A stretch of 47,250 nucleotides of DNA from positions 1 to 47,250 of the IMG/VR virus record IMGVR_UViG_3300049930_000030, one strand, 5' to 3'. How positions within the stretch are numbered: position 1 is the first letter of the stretch; every line of letters starts with the position of its first letter. A program made the position numbers and the translations under genes. This stretch comes from a virus (taxonomy: Duplodnaviria > Caudoviricetes). Below, in pieces: positions 38,109 to 46,584 of the stretch. A model generated the notes under the pieces. It made no database searches, had not been told where the DNA came from, and saw only the letters and a program-made list of their open reading frames with translations.

Positions 38109-39011
38109 TTGACCGACTTCGAGGCCGTGTTTGCCGCGCTCGCCCACGAGGGCGAGGTTCGGTGGTTCTGCAAGCGCGGGCAGTACGACGCGCTCGGCGG
38201 GGTGGCACGATCGCCCGCTGACCTTGAGGCGCGGTTGAGTGCAAACAAGCGAGGGTACGATGTCTACGTCCAACTCAATCCGACCGTTGGGTTCAAAGGG
38301 CTGCGGGCTGGTGCCGCTAACGTCTCTCATTTCCGGGGGTGGCTGCTCGACTTGGACCCCGATTCTGGACTGGGAAACGTTGGGCGTAGTGCCTTGGATG
38401 GTGCCGCAAACAATCTCGCTTGCCGATTGCTTTGTACGCCATGGCTTTTGGACAGTGGAAGGGGTGCTCAAGCGTGGTTCATGGGGCCGGCCGAGACGCC
38501 GACACGCGCAGACTGGCGTGCGGTGGCGCGCAGGGCGACGGCACGTTTGGTCCGGGACTTGACGCTCCCGACCGGGGTCCACGCCGACGCGATGGTGTGC
38601 GACGTTTCCCGCGTGGCCCGCTTGCCAGGCACAGTGAACACGCGCACAGGCCGTGTGGCTAGGCTGCTTGCCCCCGGAGCGCCCTCTGCTGCGCTGTGGC
38701 CAACGTTGGAATCACTCGATCCGGGCGAGGACGTGACGGGAGAACCAGAGCTTGCCAACAGCCACGATTCGTACCGCCAGGTTTGGACTGGCCTGACCGC
38801 GATGGCGCAAACGTTTATCTCACACGGCTGGTCGTACCCTGGGCGCCATACGGCGTTGTGGCACACCGCGGACGTGCTGCGGCAGCGGGGCTTGACACAA
38901 GAGGCGACCACACGCGCGTTGTGGATGGGCGCGCGGGAGTGTCGCCCGAAGCTCGGCTGGCTGGACGTGACATACGCGCTCGGTCGGGCGTACCAGCAAA
39001 AAGAGGGTTGA
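38109..39011 (+). CDS. AEP-superfamily primase (RepB-primase-like) with PriCT-like C-terminus
   Basis: VYVQLNP, DLD, DSGRGAQAW, DVSRVARLPGT.N and GRHTAL; start uncertain (38067 or 38109). Confidence 0.82.
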   Translation: MTDFEAVFAALAHEGEVRWFCKRGQYDALGGVARSPADLEARLSANKRGYDVYVQLNPTVGFKGLRAGAANVSHFRGWLLDLDPDSGLGNVGRSALDGAANNLACRLLCTPWLLDSGRGAQAWFMGPAETPTRADWRAVARRATARLVRDLTLPTGVHADAMVCDVSRVARLPGTVNTRTGRVARLLAPGAPSAALWPTLESLDPGEDVTGEPELANSHDSYRQVWTGLTAMAQTFISHGWSYPGRHTALWHTADVLRQRGLTQEATTRALWMGARECRPKLGWLDVTYALGRAYQQKEG

Positions 39012-39036
39012 CAGGTTTCGAGGGACGCTGTACTGT
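39008..39036 (+). promoter_or_regulatory. Sigma70-type promoter
   Basis: TTGACA-N17-TACTGT. Confidence 0.75.
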
Positions 39037-39066
39037 TGGGGTTCAACGTTCAACACAGGAGGGGAC

Positions 39067-39954
39067 ATGCCACTGATCTATGACCAGGAAATCCCGCTTC
39101 CCAAGCAGCGCATCGCGCTTTACGGCGACCCGAAGGTTGGCAAGACGCCGCTGGCTTTGCAGCTTCCGTTCGGTTCGCCCTACTGGGGCGAGGCGGTGTA
39201 TTGGGCTGCCGACGATGGCTCGGAATCGTTGCGTTCGTGCCCGCCCGCCTCGCGTCGTTTCCTTCACGTTGTTAAGCCTGCCCGTGATCCGAAGGGCGGC
39301 AAGTACGATCCGATCAAGGAAGCGTGGGACATCTTGATGACGGATTGGCGCAAGGAATGGCCCGGAGTCAAGACGTTCATTTGGGACACGGCCACCGAGA
39401 CGGGCCTTGAGGCGCTTGCCGACATTGCCGATCGCGGACAGTTTTCCGAGAAAAAGCATATCCAGATCGGCACGCCGGGCTCGGGCTACGAGCACAACCT
39501 TCCCATGCAGGGCGACTACTTGGGCGCGCAGGGAGAAATCGCGCGGATGCTCAAGGCTGCCTTCAAGCTCGACATGCACCTGATTGTGATTTTCCACACC
39601 GCGATTGACGAAACCGACAACGGTACCGTGATCGCGGGAGGCCCGGCCACGGTGGGCAAGGCGACGATTCGCCAGATCGCCAAGCCGTTTGACGCGGTGC
39701 TTCGCGTCGAGAAAAAGCAGGTGTTTGACCCGGCGACCAAGGCCGCGACGCAAGGCATCGTGATCCACTCCGAGGCGGCTGGCATCTGGATTGGCGGTGT
39801 GCGAACGCCGACTGAGAACCCGATTCCCCAGGTCAACGTGCCGATGAACAAGCCGCTTGGCGCGTACTGGCCGCTGTACATGGGGTCGTTTTACAAGGAA
39901 GTCCCGGTTTCCGAACTCGCTGTGGGCGCTCCGGTCGAAGCAGCAACGACGTGA
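39067..39954 (+). CDS. AAA_24 / Sak4-like ATPase (recombinase)
   Basis: IALYGDPKVGKT, FIWDTAT, IFH and P..VGK. Confidence 0.82.
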   Translation: MPLIYDQEIPLPKQRIALYGDPKVGKTPLALQLPFGSPYWGEAVYWAADDGSESLRSCPPASRRFLHVVKPARDPKGGKYDPIKEAWDILMTDWRKEWPGVKTFIWDTATETGLEALADIADRGQFSEKKHIQIGTPGSGYEHNLPMQGDYLGAQGEIARMLKAAFKLDMHLIVIFHTAIDETDNGTVIAGGPATVGKATIRQIAKPFDAVLRVEKKQVFDPATKAATQGIVIHSEAAGIWIGGVRTPTENPIPQVNVPMNKPLGAYWPLYMGSFYKEVPVSELAVGAPVEAATT

Positions 39955-40274
39955 AAAAGCACGGTGATCCTGGGCCTGTGCCGTCCGCTCTGAACGTGGG
40001 GGAACTCACCGACGACGCGGCCGACAAGATGCTGGCAGACATGCTGGCGCTTCAAGGCCCGGAACTTGTGAGCTACGCGGTGAGTTCTGCAAACTGCGTG
40101 GCCTTCAACAACCAAAGTGCGGATAGAATGTTTTACAAGCGGGCCGCCAAGGGACGACGCACACCGGAAAATGCTGCCGCGTTTCGTCGTCACGTCTGGT
40201 GGTTCATCCACGAAAACCCTGAGATTCGTCGCAAGGCGAAAGAGAAAGAGGCTGGAAATGGGAGTCCGATTTAA
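39951..40274 (+). CDS. Hypothetical protein
   Basis: GTGA coupling; 107 aa. Confidence 0.6.
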   Translation: MKKHGDPGPVPSALNVGELTDDAADKMLADMLALQGPELVSYAVSSANCVAFNNQSADRMFYKRAAKGRRTPENAAAFRRHVWWFIHENPEIRRKAKEKEAGNGSPI

Positions 40275-40920
40275 GAGGGTGAGTGCCGAGGCTGCGGCTG
40301 AGGCTGAGAAGTCGGTTGTCGGCGGCGGCGGTGAGTTGTCCGTTCCGTCCGACGCGAGGGCTGACCGCAAGAACGTGGGCACGTTCTACTGGACCGAGCG
40401 CGTCAAGATCATTGATGTCAGCGCCGAGGAAACGGAGACGAACAACGGCGACACGCACATCGTTGTGGACATCAGGACTGAAATCCTGCCCACCCGCCCG
40501 ACCGGCGACGCGAGCGGCAACGCCACGCGCAAGGCGCCAATGAAGCCGCGGCTCAACTGGGCGGCGTGGGACAAGTACATGGCGATGTCGGAGGGCGAGA
40601 AGGCGTCGGTTCTCAAGGAAAGCGGCCCCGGTACGTTCGGCGGCCAGGTCAAGATGCACCGTGGTTCGATCGGACGCATCGGCCAGGTTCTCCGTGTCGC
40701 CGGTCTGTACGAGGGTGGCGACCTTGAGCCGGAACTGCTTGAGCACGCGTTCCCGGAGCAGGGCCTTTCGCCGCTCGTTGGTCTTGAGTTCGACGCTGAC
40801 ATCAAGCAGGGGCCGAACGACAAGGGCGACAAGTGGCCCGAGATTTCCAAGATCATCATGCCCGACAACGTTGATCTTCCCGAAGGCGCGGTGGTTACGG
40901 CCAACGTGACGACGCTGTGA
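40258..40920 (+). CDS. ssDNA-binding protein candidate
   Basis: Near Sak4-like gene; OB-like beta pattern, LVGLEFDADIK...WPEISKI. Confidence 0.5.
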   Translation: MGVRFKRVSAEAAAEAEKSVVGGGGELSVPSDARADRKNVGTFYWTERVKIIDVSAEETETNNGDTHIVVDIRTEILPTRPTGDASGNATRKAPMKPRLNWAAWDKYMAMSEGEKASVLKESGPGTFGGQVKMHRGSIGRIGQVLRVAGLYEGGDLEPELLEHAFPEQGLSPLVGLEFDADIKQGPNDKGDKWPEISKIIMPDNVDLPEGAVVTANVTTL

Positions 40921-41393
40921 GTGCCGGCGTGTTTGGGGCACCGGGCGGGCACGGTAGGGCGGCTGCTGATATCGAGGATGAAATCACGCGATCGCTTGGC
41001 CTGCCCGCTCCCGGCCCGTACAGCGGGGACGTGGAACCTCGTAACTTTGGCGCTCCGGCGAGGGCAATGGGACAGTCGCCCGACCCTGGCGCGCTCATTG
41101 CCGGGGTCAACGTGGCCGCGAGCGTGATGAATTCGGTCTACGGTGATGTGCCGCTGTCCAAGTACGAGCTTGGCATCGTCGTGAGCGTCTGCACGCGGGC
41201 GTTGCGCAACCACTTGGATCGACAGATTGCTGACCTCAACGAACGTCTCGGCGTGCCGCGGGATGCGCCGCCCGTGCCGATTGAGGACGTAAAGCCGACG
41301 CGCACCACACGCGGCCAGGGGCGCAAGCCAGCCGAGCAGATTGAGCTTCCGCTTGGTTCGACGCAGGGCGCAGCGGAAGGCGCGGAAGTGTAG
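40917..41393 (+). CDS. Hypothetical protein
   Basis: GTGA coupling; 158 aa. Confidence 0.65.
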   Translation: MSAGVFGAPGGHGRAAADIEDEITRSLGLPAPGPYSGDVEPRNFGAPARAMGQSPDPGALIAGVNVAASVMNSVYGDVPLSKYELGIVVSVCTRALRNHLDRQIADLNERLGVPRDAPPVPIEDVKPTRTTRGQGRKPAEQIELPLGSTQGAAEGAEV

Positions 41394-42254
41394 ATGGACT
41401 ACTGCGCGGGGTGTCCCAGACGTGTTGCGGGGGCAGCGTTGTCCGGGCACCCCGGCGCGGTAGGTTCGGATGGACCGGACGATGCGCCGATCCTCGTGGT
41501 CGGCATGTCGCCAGGAGAACAAGAGCTTGCGGCGGGGCAGCCGTTCGTTGGAGCGAGTGGTGCCTTGCTGTGGGGGTACGGCCAGCGGGTGGGCCTGACG
41601 AGGCCGGACTGTAAGATCGTGAACGTAGCCTGCTGCTGGCCGTGCGGTCCCAAGGGCAAGACGTTGAGCGTGAAGCAAGTCGCCGCGTGTCGGCCACGGT
41701 TGGTGGACACGATGGACCGCTCTAGCGCAAGGGTAGTCTTGTGCCTTGGGGCCGATGCCTTTGAAGCGGTGACTGGCCTTATCTCGTGGGAGCGCAAGGA
41801 ACGTGCGGCACGAGCGAAGCGGGGCGGCTGGTCGGGGGGTAAGGGCGTGGGCATTGAGCAGTGGCGTGGATACCTCGTCAAGCCCTCCGACTGCCCGCCA
41901 GACCTGGTGACGCAGACCGTGCCGGACCCTGATAATCTGTACAAGGCCGGGGGTGTGTGCCCGTGGTGTAGGGGCAGTGAGATTGAGCGCGGCACCATGG
42001 GCTGTGGGCCGTGCAACAACACCGGCAAACGGGCAAAGGGCGACCCGAAGCCCAAGAAAATCGTGGTTGAGGTTCCTCGCCCCCTGCCCCGGAGCGCCCA
42101 ATGGATTGTCGGAACGTACCACCCGAGTTTTATCATACGCATGGGCCGCAAGCCCATCCCCGCGTTCTACAACGACGTGGACCGAGTGCTGCGTGCGCTG
42201 AAAGACGACCTTGACGTGGTGGACGTGAGCTACGAAACGGAGGTTGGGGCGTGA
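41394..42254 (+). CDS. Family-4 uracil-DNA glycosylase-like protein with inserted Zn finger
   Basis: CAGCP, VGMSPG.QE..GQPFVG.SG, NVACCWP, LGADA and TYHPS. Confidence 0.88.
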   Translation: MDYCAGCPRRVAGAALSGHPGAVGSDGPDDAPILVVGMSPGEQELAAGQPFVGASGALLWGYGQRVGLTRPDCKIVNVACCWPCGPKGKTLSVKQVAACRPRLVDTMDRSSARVVLCLGADAFEAVTGLISWERKERAARAKRGGWSGGKGVGIEQWRGYLVKPSDCPPDLVTQTVPDPDNLYKAGGVCPWCRGSEIERGTMGCGPCNNTGKRAKGDPKPKKIVVEVPRPLPRSAQWIVGTYHPSFIIRMGRKPIPAFYNDVDRVLRALKDDLDVVDVSYETEVGA

Positions 42255-42499
42255 CTGGGTTTGATAGCATTGATTTTAGCAGGCTCGTTGAAGTCCCGCC
42301 TCCCGGCCAGCGCGTGTACTTTTTGAACGCCAATTTGCGCGGTGTGAAATGGCTGATGAATCTTACTTGGCGGCAGGCCGTCAAGGCGTGGGGCCTTCGG
42401 GCGGCAGCCGAGTTTGCCGCACGTCACCAGAACAGCGGTTTGCCTATTGGCCGCAAGCCCTGGCAGCACACGAAGGCAAAGAGGGGGCGGCGTGTATAA
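42251..42499 (+). CDS. Hypothetical basic protein
   Basis: GGAGG RBS; GTGA coupling. Confidence 0.6.
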   Translation: MTGFDSIDFSRLVEVPPPGQRVYFLNANLRGVKWLMNLTWRQAVKAWGLRAAAEFAARHQNSGLPIGRKPWQHTKAKRGRRV

Positions 42500-43466
42500 C
42501 GAAAACGACCCGAAGGCCGCGGCGTGGTTGCGCGAGTTGATTGCGCAGGGGCACCTTCCAGAAGGGAACGTAGATGAACGATCCATTGCAGACCTGGCTG
42601 GCCGAGACTGTGGCCCAACGGCGCACTTCTTCGCCGGCATCGGAGGCTGGCCCCTCGCCCTTGCCCTCGCCGGATGGCCTTCCGATCGAAGCGTCTGGAC
42701 CGGAAGCTGCCCCTGCCAGCCGTTCAGCGCGGCCGGTAAAGGTCACGGTCAAGCAGACCCGCGCCATCTATGGCCCGAATGGTTTCGGCTTATCCGCGAG
42801 TGCCGCCCTGACACAATCTTTGGGGAGCAGGTTGAAAGCGCGGTTGGGCACGGATGGCTCGATGGAGTATTCGCAGACCTGGAAGGAGAAGGTTACACCT
42901 GTGGGGCGGTTGTATTGGGCGCACACAGCGTCGGGGCGCCGCACCTTAGACAACGCCTCTACTGGGTGGCCGACGCCAAGCGCAGGGGAGTTCGGGGACA
43001 GCGACCCGGAGAGGATGCTGGCGAGGCGGGCGGCGTGCAAGGAACGGAAGGGCAACGGGAACGGCTTTGGACTGACGTTGGCACATGCGGCGAGCTTGGC
43101 GGGGTGGCCCTCCCCCAAGGCGAACAACTCAACGGGGGAAGGGACGCGGGGAGCGAGCGGGGACAACTTGCAAACGGTGGCCGGGTGGGCCACGCCGACA
43201 AGCCGGGACCACAAGGACGCGGGGAGCACGTTGGAGAACACGCCGATCAACGGCTTGTTGGGGCGACAGGTTTCGTTGGCGCGTGGGGAGACTTCGACCT
43301 TATCCCCTGCGCCGATGGAAAAGCGCGGCGCGTTGAATCCGGCACATTCCCGCTGGCTCATGGGGTTCCCGCGCGCGTGGGACGACTGCGGGGTTACGGC
43401 AATGCCATCGTCCCGGAAGTCGCGGCGGCCTTCGTGAGTGCGTTCTTGGAGTGTGAGCGTGTCTAA
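42492..43466 (+). CDS. C5-cytosine DNA methyltransferase, alpha subunit
   Basis: FFAGIGG (I), PCQPFS (IV), EQV (VI), PHLRQR (VIII), YGNAI (X); motif IX absent from this frame. Confidence 0.92.
   Translation: MYNENDPKAAAWLRELIAQGHLPEGNVDERSIADLAGRDCGPTAHFFAGIGGWPLALALAGWPSDRSVWTGSCPCQPFSAAGKGHGQADPRHLWPEWFRLIRECRPDTIFGEQVESAVGHGWLDGVFADLEGEGYTCGAVVLGAHSVGAPHLRQRLYWVADAKRRGVRGQRPGEDAGEAGGVQGTEGQRERLWTDVGTCGELGGVALPQGEQLNGGRDAGSERGQLANGGRVGHADKPGPQGRGEHVGEHADQRLVGATGFVGAWGDFDLIPCADGKARRVESGTFPLAHGVPARVGRLRGYGNAIVPEVAAAFVSAFLECERV
42862..43437 (+). CDS. C5 methyltransferase beta subunit, nested in the +1 frame
   Basis: Motif IX-like [14 protein letters not shown] and three GW(P/A)(T/S)P repeats; frame open from 42574; start uncertain. 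Confidence 0.8.
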   Translation: MEYSQTWKEKVTPVGRLYWAHTASGRRTLDNASTGWPTPSAGEFGDSDPERMLARRAACKERKGNGNGFGLTLAHAASLAGWPSPKANNSTGEGTRGASGDNLQTVAGWATPTSRDHKDAGSTLENTPINGLLGRQVSLARGETSTLSPAPMEKRGALNPAHSRWLMGFPRAWDDCGVTAMPSSRKSRRPS

Positions 43467-45201
43467 CTTCGTGGTTGCCGACTGTGAAACCGAGGGAATT
43501 GGGTCGACTGCTAGGCTTGACAGAATTGGGTTGGGCACGAGTGATAGGACGTGGACTTTACCCTGGGACCATAACACTAGGGACCACACCCGAAGGCTTT
43601 TGTCCGACCCAACACTTGAAAAGGTGGCACACAACTGGCAATTTGACGAGCCGCTGTTGCGGCGTAATGGCGTAACGATAGCGCCGCCGTTCTTTGACAC
43701 AATGCTTTGCGGGCATTTGATCGAGGCAGACTTGCCGAAGGCGCTGCGGTCTATGGCGCCGTTGTATCTCGACGTGCGCCCGTGGAAACACTTGGCTGAG
43801 GATGAACCCGAGCTTTACAACGCGACCGACGTGGCCGTAACCCGCGCGTTGTACCTGGCGCAGCGAGAAATCTTGCAGACCGAGGGGATGCTGGATTACT
43901 TTACCGGGATCGTGATGCCGGGGGTTCCGGTGTTGATCTATCAAACCGAGCTTGGCCTGACGGTAGACCTTGACGAACGCGAGCGGTTGAGAACCAGCCT
44001 GCTCGACTATCTGGCCGACAGCTACCAAACCTGGGAGGGCTTGAGCAATGTCAATCCGAAGTCGCCCGCTGCTCTGTGTGGACTGTTTTATGGAACGCTT
44101 GGGTTGCCTACTCAACGGAATAAAGACACGGGTAAGCCGTCTGTTGACGTAGACGCCCTTGAAAGCCTCCGTCTCGCTGCGCCGCTCCACAGTCCGTTAA
44201 TCGACGCGCTTCTCGAAGTGCGACGCACAGAGAAGCTGTTGTCAACCTACATCGACATGGACGGCGCGGCAGGCGGGCGGGTTCACGCACGCTTCCTGCC
44301 CGGCCAGAAAGACGACACGAGCGAGAAGGGCGGCAAGGGCGCGGCGACGACTGGCAGGCTCGGAGCGTCCCCAAACCTGAACAACATTCCCGGAGACTGG
44401 AAGCACAAGGGTCGGCGCGTGGGTGCGGACGAGGCCCAGGAATTGCTAAGGCAGGGGGCAAAGGTACTCCCGCCCATGCGCCGCATGTTCGTACCGCGTC
44501 GCCGCGGCGATGTGTTCCTCGAAGCGGATTACTCGCAACTTGAGCTTCGCATCATTGCGGCGGTGTCGGGCTGCAAGGACTTGACCCGCGCGCTTGCCGG
44601 CGACGTTCACGAAACCACGCGCCTTGCGATCGAAGCGGTTTCCGGCGCGCCGTGCTCGCGCGTGCTGGCGAAGAACTTCTCGTACCTGACTTGGTACGGC
44701 GGGAAAGAACGCGGGATGGTCAACTTTTTCCGGGGCAAAGGCATCCCCATTTCGATCAACCAGGCGCGGGCCGGGCAGTTGGGCATTGCGCAAGCGTACC
44801 CGCGGGCTTGGGCGTGGAAGGAATCCGTGGAACGCCAAGGCGCCGCGGACGGCTGGCTGCGGGAACCTCTCGGGCGCAAGCGGCACTTCTACGGGGGCTC
44901 ACGGGACGTGACCGAAATGACGGACTTTATCCCGCAGGCTACCGGAGCGTCCATGTTGTGGTCGCAGCTACCAGGGCAACGTGCGCTTGCGGAGGCGCAT
45001 GGTGCCTACTTCCCCTTGACCATCCACGACTCGTACTTGCACGAGGTTCCCGCGGACGGGGTACGGGAGTACGCGGCTAAGCTCAAGGGACTGCTTGAGG
45101 TTCCGTACAACCAGGTCGCTCCGGGGTGGAGCGTCCCAACTGATTGCAAGGTGGGGGCGAACTGGGGTACAATGGAAGGGTTGACGGAGGTTCAGGCGTG
45201 A
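43459..45201 (+). CDS. Family A DNA polymerase with 3'-5' exonuclease
   Basis: DCET, HNWQFD, YNATD, TGRL, motif A DYSQLELR, motif B RVLAKNFSYLTWYG, motif C IHDS. Confidence 0.95.
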   Translation: MSNFVVADCETEGIGSTARLDRIGLGTSDRTWTLPWDHNTRDHTRRLLSDPTLEKVAHNWQFDEPLLRRNGVTIAPPFFDTMLCGHLIEADLPKALRSMAPLYLDVRPWKHLAEDEPELYNATDVAVTRALYLAQREILQTEGMLDYFTGIVMPGVPVLIYQTELGLTVDLDERERLRTSLLDYLADSYQTWEGLSNVNPKSPAALCGLFYGTLGLPTQRNKDTGKPSVDVDALESLRLAAPLHSPLIDALLEVRRTEKLLSTYIDMDGAAGGRVHARFLPGQKDDTSEKGGKGAATTGRLGASPNLNNIPGDWKHKGRRVGADEAQELLRQGAKVLPPMRRMFVPRRRGDVFLEADYSQLELRIIAAVSGCKDLTRALAGDVHETTRLAIEAVSGAPCSRVLAKNFSYLTWYGGKERGMVNFFRGKGIPISINQARAGQLGIAQAYPRAWAWKESVERQGAADGWLREPLGRKRHFYGGSRDVTEMTDFIPQATGASMLWSQLPGQRALAEAHGAYFPLTIHDSYLHEVPADGVREYAAKLKGLLEVPYNQVAPGWSVPTDCKVGANWGTMEGLTEVQA

Positions 45202-45416
45202 GGAAAGGCCAGAAGAAACGTGACGAGTTCACGGACATGGACATTTCCCGCCAGCGCCGCTACCAGTTGCGGCGTGAGAAGTACGGCCTCTGCCGAATCT
45301 GTGGAAAAGAGAAGTCGAAGAAAACCAAGTCGGCGCTGTGCAAGACGCATCTGGTCGCCAAACGTGGGAGGTCAGGACTATGGAGACAACGGAAACAGGA
45401 ACAACCGTCCAAGTGA
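45198..45416 (+). CDS. Basic Zn-finger protein
   Basis: GLCRICGK...LCKTH; GGAGG RBS. Confidence 0.7.
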   Translation: MRKGQKKRDEFTDMDISRQRRYQLRREKYGLCRICGKEKSKKTKSALCKTHLVAKRGRSGLWRQRKQEQPSK

Positions 45417-45544
45417 CCGTGCCGGGGGTCCACCCCTGGTTCGCGGGCCTTGCCGTGCGGGATTGGTTGGTCGATCACGGCTACGACTGCACCCCGCGGT
45501 GGGTGCGACAGGTTGGAACGTTTGATTATTTGGTGGGAACGTGA
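45380..45544 (+). CDS. Small hypothetical protein
   Basis: GGAGG RBS; coupled to endolysin start. Confidence 0.5.
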   Translation: METTETGTTVQVTVPGVHPWFAGLAVRDWLVDHGYDCTPRWVRQVGTFDYLVGT

Positions 45545-45921
45545 CCCCGCTTGAGTGGAGGACGATCAAGCACTTTGCCTCGCACGAGTTTGATAGCCCG
45601 GACGCTCCGGGGAGCGGACGAGTGATGTCCTTTGCGTTTGTGACCGCGCTCGACAAACTACGCGAGGCATGCGGCTTTGCTTTCGTGGTGCAGTCTGGCT
45701 ACCGCACGATTGCCCACAACGCCCAGTTGTCCGGCGCCGTGGACGGCAGTGCCCACACGCGCGGCATGGCCGCCGACATCGGGGCGGGCACGAGCGGCAT
45801 GAAGTTCAAGATCGTGGGCGGCGCGTTCAACCTGGGCTTCCGGCGCATCGGCGTTGGGGACCGTTTCATCCACCTTGACATGGACGCCGCGAAGCCGCAG
45901 AGTGTCCTGTGGACGTATTGA
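45541..45921 (+). CDS. Peptidase M15A endolysin
   Basis: HF..EF, SGYR..HN, SAHTRGMAADI and FIHLD. Confidence 0.92.
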   Translation: MTPLEWRTIKHFASHEFDSPDAPGSGRVMSFAFVTALDKLREACGFAFVVQSGYRTIAHNAQLSGAVDGSAHTRGMAADIGAGTSGMKFKIVGGAFNLGFRRIGVGDRFIHLDMDAAKPQSVLWTY

Positions 45922-46325
45922 TGACTGACGAACCGATCGACGCCGAGTTTGTTGAAGCAGAGGATACGACGCCAGCACCGCGACAGGTTGGAATTTCGCA
46001 GCCCGTGTTTGAGTTCGTGACGGCGTTCGTGGGCGTGGCCGAAAACATCGAGCCCGCGAGCAGGCTTCAAATCGCTGCCCAGGTGCGTGCGATGGCGAAG
46101 GACTTGACGAGCGCGGTACAGCGTAGGTCCGTAAAGGACGTGATTCATGGGACAGTTGGTATTGCGGCGATGTGCCTTGCGCTGTTCCTGTCCGTGACGC
46201 CCCACTACCAGCCGGCAGAGGGCGACGCGGATGCAAACGGAAAGGAAGGTGGGGAAACTGGCGAGAAAGCCGAAGCCCAAACCGGCACCGAAACCGAAGG
46301 GGAAGCCGGCACCGTACTGAACTAG
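45921..46325 (+). CDS. Hypothetical protein with TM segment and acidic tail
   Basis: TGATG coupling; VGIAAMCLALFLSV. Confidence 0.65.
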   Translation: MTDEPIDAEFVEAEDTTPAPRQVGISQPVFEFVTAFVGVAENIEPASRLQIAAQVRAMAKDLTSAVQRRSVKDVIHGTVGIAAMCLALFLSVTPHYQPAEGDADANGKEGGETGEKAEAQTGTETEGEAGTVLN

Positions 46326-46516
46326 TTGAACTGGGTTTGGAGGAATGGGATTTAGTCACCCGTTCCGAGCGTTCATTTCCCGGCCAAGTGCTTTGCGCGT
46401 AACCGGAGAGTGTGGGGTTGATCCCCCTGCACCCCTGACCAAAACGCTAGATACGTCCCCAAGTCTAGGGCCTGCTCGTGGCGGGGATGCGCCGTAACCA
46501 ACCTAGCACACAACTA
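46323..46516 (+). ncRNA. Candidate structured ncRNA (about 195 nt, multibranched)
   Basis: Nested complementary helices fill an intergenic gap; G-U pairs favour the + strand. Confidence 0.5.
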
Positions 46517-46535
46517 AATACGCCCGGTTAGCCGA

Positions 46536-46565
46536 ACGCCCTGAGCAGAACATCGCCCAGGGCGT
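46536..46565 (-). terminator. Hairpin after last late-arm gene
   Basis: ACGCCCTG...CAGGGCGT stem; weak U-tract. Confidence 0.5.
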
Positions 46566-46584
46566 CGTGCTTTGCTCGAAACTG

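Noticed and set aside
40386-42122. 578-aa minus-strand ORF (and similar ones at 1229-2365, 8144-9082, 37145-38248, 42768-43700)
   Set aside because: Antisense shadows of well-supported genes in high-GC DNA; no recognisable motifs
44395-44475. Intein or intron in DNA polymerase
   Set aside because: The insert is only about 25 aa, in frame, and lacks intein splice motifs
41394-45201. Modified-base (Z, dU, hmU, deazaguanine) genome
   Set aside because: No PurZ, deaminase, thymidylate synthase-like or Que/Dpd genes recognised
46405-46421. GGAGAGTGTGGGGTTGA resembles my recollection of a raiA-motif RNA segment
   Set aside because: Position and surrounding architecture do not fit; no family assigned without an Rfam search
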